The position numbers were made by a program, and so were the translations under genes. A stretch of 30,417 bases of DNA from Oligoflexus sp. (GTDB lineage Bacteria > Bdellovibrionota_B > Oligoflexia > Oligoflexales > Oligoflexaceae), in assembly GCA_041736305.1 (NCBI GenBank), contig JBGSTX010000081.1, positions 1 through 30,417 on the forward strand, written 5' to 3'. A model generated the notes under the pieces. That model worked only from the letters and a program-made list of their open reading frames with translations, did not search any database and was not told where the DNA came from. Below, piece by piece: positions 17,398 through 26,300 of this stretch (positions are counted from its first letter, which is position 1; the number at the start of each line of letters is the position of its first letter).

Positions 17398-17843
17398 CGG
17401 ATAGGCTCTCCTCAAGCATCGAATAGAACTTAGAGTATCGTTAAGCGGCGTATACGTTTGAGGAAAGCCTTAGTCAACAAGGATTTGGTCATTTATACGC
17501 GCCTAAGAAAAAATTTACTTTGCGTGTGAGCTGGGGGAGTATGATGTGGACTTGTCTTGCGAAAATAATGCTTAAAAGTCTGCTGCCTTTAACTTATGTT
17601 TCTTTGTGATGCACGGACTGAGATTGCTGTGTTTTCCTTGCAAAGCTATTCCAAATAGTCAGGCCGACGGAATCAGCCCTTTATTTGCAGGCCCGCCAAG
17701 CAAGCTGAGCTTATCGGTTTTTGTGAGAAGGATCGGATTGGGCGTAGGAGAGACCAACCTTCGAGATCCCGATTGGCAGGAGGATCAAGTGTGCGGACAC
17801 CGTGGGCATCAAAATTTTCGCAGCCTGCTAAGGAGACAGGCCT

Positions 17844-18371
17844 TCAATAAAAGGGGCCTAATTCTGTACGACAAGGCTGCTGAGGCAGAACTTGGACATC
17901 GTTACAGGCCAGCTTGACGGAAAAATCCTTGGGATCGTCTCCGTCCTGAAGCCAGGCTATATCGACAAGTTCACCGCTGAAGCAGCCTTTTTTGTCGAAA
18001 GGAGAAACTTTGAGTGCTTTAGGGGGCCAGGGTCGCAGATTAGGACAGACCGATGGGCTTTGCTCGAGGGAAAAAAAAATGCCGCCACCTGCTGCGTTAG
18101 AGACGATGTAGCGACCGTAGGGAAATGCCTCGCTAATAGGCGAAGCTCCGAAGGAATCGTAGGCCGTTTGCTTCCCTAGTTTGCCATCTTTGCAGGCGCC
18201 AGCCTTGAAGGACGTCAGCCGTTTCACCTGCGTCGCCGCATCAGTCTCATAGCCGAGAGTATAGACGGTCGCGGAAGTATCGAGCTGACGGCAAAAAATA
18301 GTTCCGGCCATAGCTTGGGCTTCAAAGAGGAAGAGAGGCAGCAGGACCAGGGCCAAAGGTCGACGTAGCAT
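17844..18371 (-). CDS. Hypothetical exported protein
   Basis: Signal peptide ending AQAMA, six Cys, beta-rich appearance. No family recognised. Confidence 0.7.
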   Translation of the reverse strand: MLRRPLALVLLPLFLFEAQAMAGTIFCRQLDTSATVYTLGYETDAATQVKRLTSFKAGACKDGKLGKQTAYDSFGASPISEAFPYGRYIVSNAAGGGIFFSLEQSPSVCPNLRPWPPKALKVSPFDKKGCFSGELVDIAWLQDGDDPKDFSVKLACNDVQVLPQQPCRTELGPFY

Positions 18372-18553
18372 TGTTCTTTTCCCTAGAGGGCATCGAGGCG
18401 CAGGAGTTGGTGATCATTTAAAGAGTCCTGCATCGTATGGCAGCTTAGACTGCAGTTTGCAAGATATTTGCTCGCTCGACCAATAGCGACTATAAAGGCT
18501 TAGGAGCTCTGGAAATAGAGCTCGGTTCAAAAGTTTGAAAATGCAAAGGAGTT

Positions 18554-19153
18554 ATGATGCGTCAAAGATCAGCTTTAGCTCTCATCGTCTTAGGTACTAG
18601 CCTAACCGCGTCCCTGGCATGGGCCAATAATATGGATAAAATGATGGCGGACGCGAAGGTCGCCGCAGCCGGCAAGGGCACTATGGGTCCTTTCGCTGAA
18701 GCGACATTGGAAGCCAAGAGTGGCTCTAAAGTCGCCGGAACCGTGCTCTTCAGCAAGACCGATAAAGGTCTGCAGGTAAAGGCGAGCGTTAGCGGTGCAA
18801 GTCCAGGAGCGCATGGTATTCACATACATGACAAGGGCGACTGTAGTTCGCCAGACGGAAAATCAGCGGGCGATCACTTCAATCCGACGAAAGCCCCGCA
18901 TGCTGGCCCCGATCAAGCGACTCGTCACGGCGGTGACCTCGGAAATATTACGGTTAACAGCGACGGCAAGGGCCAGATGACTATGGACCTCCCTCCTGTT
19001 GCAGGTATGAGCGACTGGGGAACGATTGTTGGTAAAAGCGTTGTTCTCCATGAGAAAGCCGATGACCTCAAGACCCAGCCTGCGGGTGATGCAGGCCCCC
19101 GTATCGGCTGTGGAGTTATAGCTGCGGTCAAAGCTAAGAAAGCGACGCACTAA
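18554..19153 (+). CDS. sodC: Periplasmic Cu/Zn superoxide dismutase
   Basis: HGIHIH, GDHFNP, RHGGDLGNI, VVLHEKADD, GDAGPRIGCGVI, plus signal peptide and aaggag RBS. Confidence 0.95.
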   Translation: MMRQRSALALIVLGTSLTASLAWANNMDKMMADAKVAAAGKGTMGPFAEATLEAKSGSKVAGTVLFSKTDKGLQVKASVSGASPGAHGIHIHDKGDCSSPDGKSAGDHFNPTKAPHAGPDQATRHGGDLGNITVNSDGKGQMTMDLPPVAGMSDWGTIVGKSVVLHEKADDLKTQPAGDAGPRIGCGVIAAVKAKKATH

Positions 19154-19220
19154 TTTCTTGCAAGTAAACAGCTGAAATGAAAAGATAATAGTATGGGGGG
19201 TTTCGGAACCTGAGCTCAAC

Positions 19221-19248
19221 TCAATAATCGAGTCCGATATTCCGATAA
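19221..19248 (+). promoter_or_regulatory. Putative sigma28-type promoter
   Basis: TCAA-N16-TCCGATAA, 39 bp upstream of ATG 19288. Confidence 0.35.
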
Positions 19249-19287
19249 GCCTAGAGGCTAGCAGGAAAAGACCTGAGGAGCACGAGT

Positions 19288-19626
19288 ATGGACACTGTCG
19301 AAGATACTTCAGACGTACAGAATGTCGAAACAGGAGGCTCAGATCCGGATACCGATAAAGATTATGCCTCGTTCGAAGCAGGCAACCGTCGGCGCCGTAT
19401 CGTCATTATCACTGCGGCGGTCGTCGTCGGTGTGGTCAGCATCGCTGCTTTGGTGGCAACCATGGGCTCTATCGGTAAAATGAGCGCTCAAGTAGAAGAC
19501 GCTTTCACAGAAACTCCCGCAGCACCCGCTGAGAAGAGCAAGATCGAAGCATCTGCTGAGAAGACCGAAGCGGAGCCACCTCCGGCCGCTACGGAAGATC
19601 CGATTCCCGAGCAGCTTGAACCTTAA
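19288..19626 (+). CDS. Hypothetical bitopic membrane protein
   Basis: Acidic N-terminus, RRRR followed by one TM helix, Pro/Glu/Ala-rich tail, gaggag RBS. Confidence 0.75.
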   Translation: MDTVEDTSDVQNVETGGSDPDTDKDYASFEAGNRRRRIVIITAAVVVGVVSIAALVATMGSIGKMSAQVEDAFTETPAAPAEKSKIEASAEKTEAEPPPAATEDPIPEQLEP

Positions 19627-19640
19627 TCTATGGTCTTGAG

Positions 19641-19670
19641 GAAAGCCTCTCTCTGCTTGAGGCTTTCTTT
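19641..19670 (+). terminator. Rho-independent terminator, possibly bidirectional
   Basis: gaaagcctc-N9-gaggctttc followed by ttt, between convergent genes. Confidence 0.75.
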
Positions 19671-20683
19671 CAACTCAAACTCTCAGCCAAAGCATCAATC
19701 GCTAGCGAATCCGTGTCGAAAGAAGTCACCAGTCGCAGGAGACCCGTGCGCTGTTCCCAGACGTAGGCTCCGGATTTTTCGGCCAGCACCCGAGCTTTGT
19801 CTTCTGGCAATTGCACAAACACTTCGTTCGCTTCAGTAGGGTAGGGGAAGCTCGCCCCTTCGATCTCTGCCAAGCGGCTCCGCAGATAGCGGGCCATACT
19901 GTTGGCCCTTTCAGCATTGCGCAGCCAGAGTCCCTCGGCTAGGTAGGGATAGAACTGCGAAGAGAGAAAGCGCATCTTCGAAGCCAGCTGCGCTGCCTGC
20001 TTTCTGTAATAAGGAAAGGCACGGGCAAGTTCAGGACGAAAGAAGACCAAAGCCTCCCCCGCCAGTAGACCATTTTTGGTCCCGCCGAAGCTGAGTATAT
20101 CAACCCCTGCCCGGCTGGTAATATCGGCTAGACTAGAGCCCAAAAAAGCGGCTGCATTCGCTAGACGCGCCCCATCCATATGCACGAGCAGACCTCGTTC
20201 ATGCGCGCGCTCTGTGAGAGCGCGGACCTCTGCGGGCGTGTAGACCGTTCCGAGCTCACTGGCCTGCGTAATAGAGACCAGGCGTGGCATCACGCGGTGT
20301 GGGTCTTGCGGCCGCAAACGCAGGTTTTCTATGGCCTCTGGCTGCATCTTACCATTTCGATGCGGGCAGGTGATGATCGTGTTGCCACCGAGCCAAGCAG
20401 GGGCCCCGCATTCGTCCTCGACGATGTGAGCGATGTCAGTGGCTAAAACTGCTTCGTAGGAGGCACAGCTGCTGCGTATAGCCAGTGTGTTAGCAGCTGT
20501 ACCCGTGAAGACGAGAAAGACTTCGAGATCCGCATCGAAGGAGCGACTAAAGAGCTCTTTGAGACCGCTGCTGATAGCGTCGGCTCCATAGGCGGGCTGA
20601 TGCCCACTATTTGCCGCAGCAATCGCTGCCAGCACTTCGGGATGCACTCCGGATTGATTATCACTGCCGAAACTTTGTTGCAT
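19670..20683 (-). CDS. ltaE: Low-specificity L-threonine aldolase (PLP-dependent)
   Basis: FGSDN, YGAD, TGTAAN, DECGAP, ELGTVY, HMDGARLANA, SFGGTKNG (PLP lysine), QLASKMRF. Confidence 0.92.
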   Translation of the reverse strand: MQQSFGSDNQSGVHPEVLAAIAAANSGHQPAYGADAISSGLKELFSRSFDADLEVFLVFTGTAANTLAIRSSCASYEAVLATDIAHIVEDECGAPAWLGGNTIITCPHRNGKMQPEAIENLRLRPQDPHRVMPRLVSITQASELGTVYTPAEVRALTERAHERGLLVHMDGARLANAAAFLGSSLADITSRAGVDILSFGGTKNGLLAGEALVFFRPELARAFPYYRKQAAQLASKMRFLSSQFYPYLAEGLWLRNAERANSMARYLRSRLAEIEGASFPYPTEANEVFVQLPEDKARVLAEKSGAYVWEQRTGLLRLVTSFDTDSLAIDALAESLS

Positions 20684-20704
20684 ACAGTCCGCTACCTCCT
20701 CAGA

Positions 20705-23263
20705 CTATGGACTATCTCCTAGCACTGATCCATGTTGTCCATGAAAATAGGGACGCTCAATATTTTTCAGCTTGAGGACGGCGTTAATGAGGTTCGAGAC
20801 TGAGATTGGCTTGGTCAGGTAGGTGTCAAAACCCTTTTCGAGGGCATGCCGCGCATCTTCATCCGAGGCATAAGCTGAAAAAGCAGCTACTCTTATCGAC
20901 TGCCCTATCTGCAGTTCCAGGTGTCGCAAGAGCCGCAAGAGCGTAAAGCCATCCTGCTCGGGCATACCGATATCCGTGAGTACGACGTCAGGGACATGAT
21001 CTCGGACGATCGTCATCGCCTCACGCACCGATCCCGCCGCATCAACTCTCGCTCCACTCATCATCAGCTGTCGTGCGGTGAGCATGCGGGTACTGGGGTC
21101 ATCGTCGACCAGCAGAATGCGGAGGTTGTTCAGCGCGTTTTCCAGATTTTCAGTTCTAGCCCCCTCCAGTCCTGGCAGGGTTGGGGCCGAGGCATAGGAA
21201 CTCGGCAAAGATACCGCGAAAGTTGAACCGAGCCCCACCCCTTTGCTGCTGGCCGTGACAGTGCCGTCGTGTAGCGCCGCTAAATGTTTGACGATGGCTA
21301 GGCCTAGACCCAAACCACCGTGACGCCGGGTACTTGAGCTGTCAGCCTGTCGAAATCTTTCAAAAACATGGGGCAGCAGCTCCGGTCGGATCCCGATGCC
21401 GGTATCGCTGACGATGATTTCGATTTTTCGATCACTCGTAGATCGAGCCGTAATCTTTACTTGTCCGTCTTTGGGCGTGAATTTAATAGCGTTGTTGATC
21501 AAATTCCAAATAATCTGCTCAAGGCGACTAGGATCAGCGTCGATCTTGGGCAGCTGTCCGTTCACTTCGAGCTGCAGATTCACTTGCTTGGAATCAGCCA
21601 ACGGCTGCAGGGCAGCAACTACGTTCTTGAGAAACATTTGGATGTCGACGACCTGCTTGCTGACCTCTAATTTTCCTGAAATGATGCGCGACACATCCAA
21701 GAGGTCATTGACCAGCTGCGTAAGAGTATGCGCACTGCGTTCGACGACCGTGAGTCCTTCGATAACCCGAGGCTCCACAGCTTCCAACTTGACTAATTCG
21801 GTCCAACCTAGAATGGAGTTGAGAGGCGTCCGCAGCTCATGCGAGAGAATAGCGAGAAACTCGTCTTTGAGCCTGTTGTTGTCGCGTACTTCCTCATAAA
21901 GCATAAGATTCTCTAGGCTTAGAGAAATGTGGCGACCGATCTCGACGAGCTGATTGAGTTCGATATGGGTGAATTTATCGAAGGCTGTGCACTTGAGCAA
22001 AGTCAATGCACCTACGACTTCGCCTCGCGCCAATATAGGGACCGAGATGAGCGAGCTGGGTTGTTTACTACCCAAGCTCAGAGCCGCCTGAAACTCTTCG
22101 GCAAATTCACTTGCACGGTTTTTTAATGGGCTGATGAGTCGGGCTTGGGCATCGGCTAGCGCGAGGGCTCCAAAAGTCTTTGCCAGCTTGAAATCATCAA
22201 CGGCACGCAGGACCTCGTCAAACTCGGGTGTTAAGCCGTTTGATCGATAAAGCCTACGAAAAGTTTTAGATGGTTCGATCAGGTCACAGATGGCGATATC
22301 TGCAAAGTTTTCGAGGATACGCTCGCAAATCTGCGCGATACTTTGCCTCATATCGAGGTTAGCCGCCAGCGATACGCTAGCATCCGCCAGAAGCCTTTGG
22401 CCTTCTTCCCGACGTTTTTGCAGATCGATATCGGTTAGAGTCGCAATCCAGCCCAGCAGTTCCTTGTCGTTGGCGAGTTCAGGCTGAACCTGACAAAGGT
22501 GCCAGCGAAAGCTCAACTGTTGCTGGTCTTTGAGCCGAAGTTCGGTTTCTAAAGTCTCTTGACTCAGACAGGCTTTTTGCCAGGCTTGTTTCAGCATTTC
22601 TTGATCGTGAGGATGGACTAAAGCCATGAATGAGTCGTCAAAGAGCGACTCAGGCTTCTCACTCCCCGTGAGCTGCGTCCAACGCGGATTTAGGTAGCGA
22701 ATCGAGCCACCTCCATCCGCTGTGATGATGATTTGCGGGAGAGCCTCGGCAAGGCCGCGAAAATGGCGTTCGCTTTCCTGCTTCAAGGTATCGAGCTTAC
22801 GTTCCTGTTCGTTTCGCTGAAGTTCGCGGAGCAGAGCTTCCTGTTCTTTAATCATTTCACTTCGTCGATAGAGCTCGACAAATACGGCAACCTTGGCTCG
22901 CACCATATCAGGGTCCAGGGGCTTTTGCAGATAGTCGACAGCGCCTACAGCATAGCCTTCCTGCATAAAGCGAAAATCGGTCGCCAGGGCGGTCAGAAAA
23001 ATGATCGGAATCACAGAGCTTCGACTGCGCTGTCTTACGAGGCGCGCGAGTTCGAAACCATCCATTTCAGGCATCATAACGTCGAGGAGAATAACCGCAA
23101 AGTCAGACTGCAGGATATATTTGAGGGCTTCCATACCAGAATTAGCTGTGACGAGATTGTAGGCTGGATCGCTGAGTATGGCCAGTACGCTGCAAATATT
23201 CGCAGGCTTATCGTCTACGACCAGAATATTAACTCGTTTTTTCTCTCCAGCAGAAACTGGCAT
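20705..23263 (-). CDS. Cytoplasmic hybrid histidine kinase (REC-PAS-GAF-HisKA-HATPase-REC)
   Basis: ILVVDD / LLDVMMP receiver, PAS VHPHD, H-box [34 protein letters not shown]-terminal TDIGMP...TKP. Confidence 0.95.
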   Translation of the reverse strand: MPVSAGEKKRVNILVVDDKPANICSVLAILSDPAYNLVTANSGMEALKYILQSDFAVILLDVMMPEMDGFELARLVRQRSRSSVIPIIFLTALATDFRFMQEGYAVGAVDYLQKPLDPDMVRAKVAVFVELYRRSEMIKEQEALLRELQRNEQERKLDTLKQESERHFRGLAEALPQIIITADGGGSIRYLNPRWTQLTGSEKPESLFDDSFMALVHPHDQEMLKQAWQKACLSQETLETELRLKDQQQLSFRWHLCQVQPELANDKELLGWIATLTDIDLQKRREEGQRLLADASVSLAANLDMRQSIAQICERILENFADIAICDLIEPSKTFRRLYRSNGLTPEFDEVLRAVDDFKLAKTFGALALADAQARLISPLKNRASEFAEEFQAALSLGSKQPSSLISVPILARGEVVGALTLLKCTAFDKFTHIELNQLVEIGRHISLSLENLMLYEEVRDNNRLKDEFLAILSHELRTPLNSILGWTELVKLEAVEPRVIEGLTVVERSAHTLTQLVNDLLDVSRIISGKLEVSKQVVDIQMFLKNVVAALQPLADSKQVNLQLEVNGQLPKIDADPSRLEQIIWNLINNAIKFTPKDGQVKITARSTSDRKIEIIVSDTGIGIRPELLPHVFERFRQADSSSTRRHGGLGLGLAIVKHLAALHDGTVTASSKGVGLGSTFAVSLPSSYASAPTLPGLEGARTENLENALNNLRILLVDDDPSTRMLTARQLMMSGARVDAAGSVREAMTIVRDHVPDVVLTDIGMPEQDGFTLLRLLRHLELQIGQSIRVAAFSAYASDEDARHALEKGFDTYLTKPISVSNLINAVLKLKNIERPYFHGQHGSVLGDSP

Positions 23264-23307
23264 TCCTGTGTAGCCCTCGGTACAGTGATAGGACCCAAAC
23301 TATCGTC

Positions 23308-26300
23308 TTACTTTTTATTCTTCAACCACATATGCATGAGACCTAGAAGCTGCTCAGTATCGACAGGTTTCGTAATGTAGTCTGTAGCCCCTGCTGCCAG
23401 GCACTTCTCTCTATCTCCCTTCATGGCTTTGGCGGTCAGCGAAATAATCGGTAGAGTACTAAACTCGCTGATTTTCCTGATGCAGGTGGTGGCTTCGAGA
23501 CCATCCATTTCCGGCATCATCGAGTCCATGAGGACTAAATCGGTATCTGGAATTTCCTGCAATTTTTCAAGAGCAAGCCGGCCATTTTCCGCGTAGTTCA
23601 CCTTCATGCCGTAGGTTTCAAGGAGACAGGTCATCGTATAAATATTACGCATGTCATCGTCGACAATGAGGATTTTTCTGCCCTTGAAATCAACGTTGTC
23701 GGGGAGTCGATAAATCTCAGGACTCGGCTCTTCCTTGGCGACCAAAGTGACCGAAGTATCGGCTCCGGCGTAGGTCTGAGGAATGTAGAGATGGAATACG
23801 CTACCTTTGCCGTAGGTGCTCTCTACTTCAATGACACCCCCTAGCAGACGAGCAATCTCGCGACTGATGGTGAGTCCGAGGCCGGTGCCGCCGTACTTCC
23901 TATTGGTAGTACCATCGGCTTGCTGGAACGCTTCAAAGATAAGCTTCTGCTTGTCTTTCGGAATGCCTATGCCGGTGTCGCGGACTGAAAAGCGCAGGAT
24001 AGGCGAACTCGAACGGACAATCCCGGCCGGTGCGCTGTCTCCGGCCAAAGCCATGCTGAGGGTCACGCGGCCGCGGTTGGTGAACTTAAACGCGTTAGAA
24101 AGCAGATTTTTGAGGATCTGCTGGAGTCGATTGAGGTCGCTAAACATACTTGCCGGCGTGTTCTGCGCGACTTCGATGTTGAAGTTGAGCGACTTGTGTT
24201 CGGCGACTGGGCGGAAGGTCTGCTCGAGCATTTCCTGTACTTCGTAGAGTTCGAAGGAACTGGGATGAATCGGCATCTTCCCAGCCTCCACTTTCGAGAG
24301 ATCGAGAATTTCATTGATCAGAGCAAGGAGGTCGTTGCCTGCGGCATGGATCGTTGCTGCGTATTTGACCTGCTCAAGGCTGAGGTTATTGTCCTTATTG
24401 TCCGATAGCATACGCGAGAGGATCAACAGGCTGTTGAGCGGTGTCCGCAGCTCGTGGGACATGTTGGCGAGGAATTCAGATTTATACTTGGAAATAAGCG
24501 AGAGCTGCTCGGCCTTCTCCTCGAGGGAGAGAGAAGCCAGCTCGACTTCGTGGTTCTTGATCTCGAGCAGCTTGGCCTTCTCTTCCAGTTCGGTGGCCTG
24601 GGCTTCGAGTTCGACGTTCGAACGCTTCAGCTCTTGGAGCAGTTCTTCTGTCCGCATGGACGAGGAGATCATGTTGAGGACGACGCCGATGGAATCCATC
24701 AGCTGATCGAGGAAGTTGAGGTAGTTGAGCGAGAAAGGATGAAAGGACGCGAGCTCGATGACAGCCTTGACCTCGCCCTCAAAGAGGACGGGCATCACTA
24801 CGACGTTCGCCGGGCGGGCTTCGCCCAGGGCCGAGCTGATGTAAACGTAGTCGTTAGGTACGCGGCGCAGCAGGATGCGTTTTTTCTCGAAGGCGCACTG
24901 TCCGACCAAACCCTGCTTGAGCTGATACTTGTTCGACAGATTCCTTCGCTCGTCAAAGGCATAGCTGGCGATGAGGTTCAGTGTCGGTTCGTTGAGGTCT
25001 TGTTCTATCATGAAGAAGGCACCGAGCTGCGCGTCGACCAGCGGGGTCAGCTCGGACATGATCAGCTGGGCTACAGCGGTGATGCTGCGCTGCCCCTGCA
25101 TCATGCTCGAGAACTTGGCCAGGTTGGTTTTGAGCCAGTCTTGCTCCGTGTTTTTCTGCGTAGTGTCCTTAAGATTTGAAATCATCTGGTTGATATTGTC
25201 TTTGAGCGCCGCAACTTCGCCCTGCGCTTCGACCGTAATCGAGCGCGTCAGGTCACCTTTGGTTACAGCCGTGGAAACTTCGGCGATGGCGCGGATCTGT
25301 GAGGTCAGTGCTGACGCAAGCTGGTTCACGTTATCGGTCAAGTCCTTCCAGGTACCCGATGCTCCTGGTACGTTTGCCTGCCCGCCGAGTTTGCCCTCTA
25401 TACCTACCTCGCGTGCAACGCCTGTTACCTGATCGGCAAAAGTCCGGAGCGTATCGGTCATGGAGTTGATCGTTTCGGCGAGGGCCGCTACCTCACCCTT
25501 GGCTTCAAGGACGAACTTCTGACTGAGATCCCCGTTGGCTACCGCCGTCACGACTTTGATAATACCCCGCACCTGCTTGGTGAGGTTGGAGGCCATGAAG
25601 TTTACGTTGTCCGTCAAGTCCTTCCAGGTGCCGGCTACACCGGGCACGTAGGCCTGGGCGCCGAGCTTTCCTTCGATACCTACCTCCCTTGCAACCGTGG
25701 TTACCTGGTCGGCAAAAGTACCGAGCGTATCGATCATGGAATTGATCGTTTCCGCGAGGGCCGCCACCTCGCCTTTGGCCTCGAGGAAGAGTTTGCGATT
25801 GAGATCCCCGTTGGCTACCGCTGTCACGACTTTGATGATACCCCGCACCTGCTTGGTGAGGTTGGAGGCCATGAAGTTTACGTTGTCGGTGAGATCCTTC
25901 CAAACCCCCGAAACTCCTTTCACCTCAGCCTGCCCGCCGAGTTTTCCTTCGGTACCTACTTCTTTAGCAACCCGGGTAACCTCCGCAGCAAAGGAGTTGA
26001 GCTGATCCACCATCTTATTGATTACATCTTTGATCTGGAGAATCTCGCCGCGCACCTCGACCGTAATCTTCTGGGTCAAGTCACCGTTGGCGATCGCGGT
26101 CGCGACCTTGGAAACGTCGCGGAGCTGGACCGTCAGGTTCCCGGCGAGGACGTTCACGTTATCAGTGAGATCCTTCCAAACCCCCGAAACCCCTTTTACA
26201 TCGGCCTGTCCACCGAGTCGTCCTTCGGTACCTACCTCTTTCGCCACCCGCGTTACTTCCGCGGCGAAAGAGTTGAGCTGATCCACCATCGTGTTGATAG

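Noticed and set aside
17711-17740. Minus-strand ACCGATAA as a sigma28 promoter for the toxin operon
   Set aside because: No matching -35 box and about 310 bp from the start codon; too weak to call.
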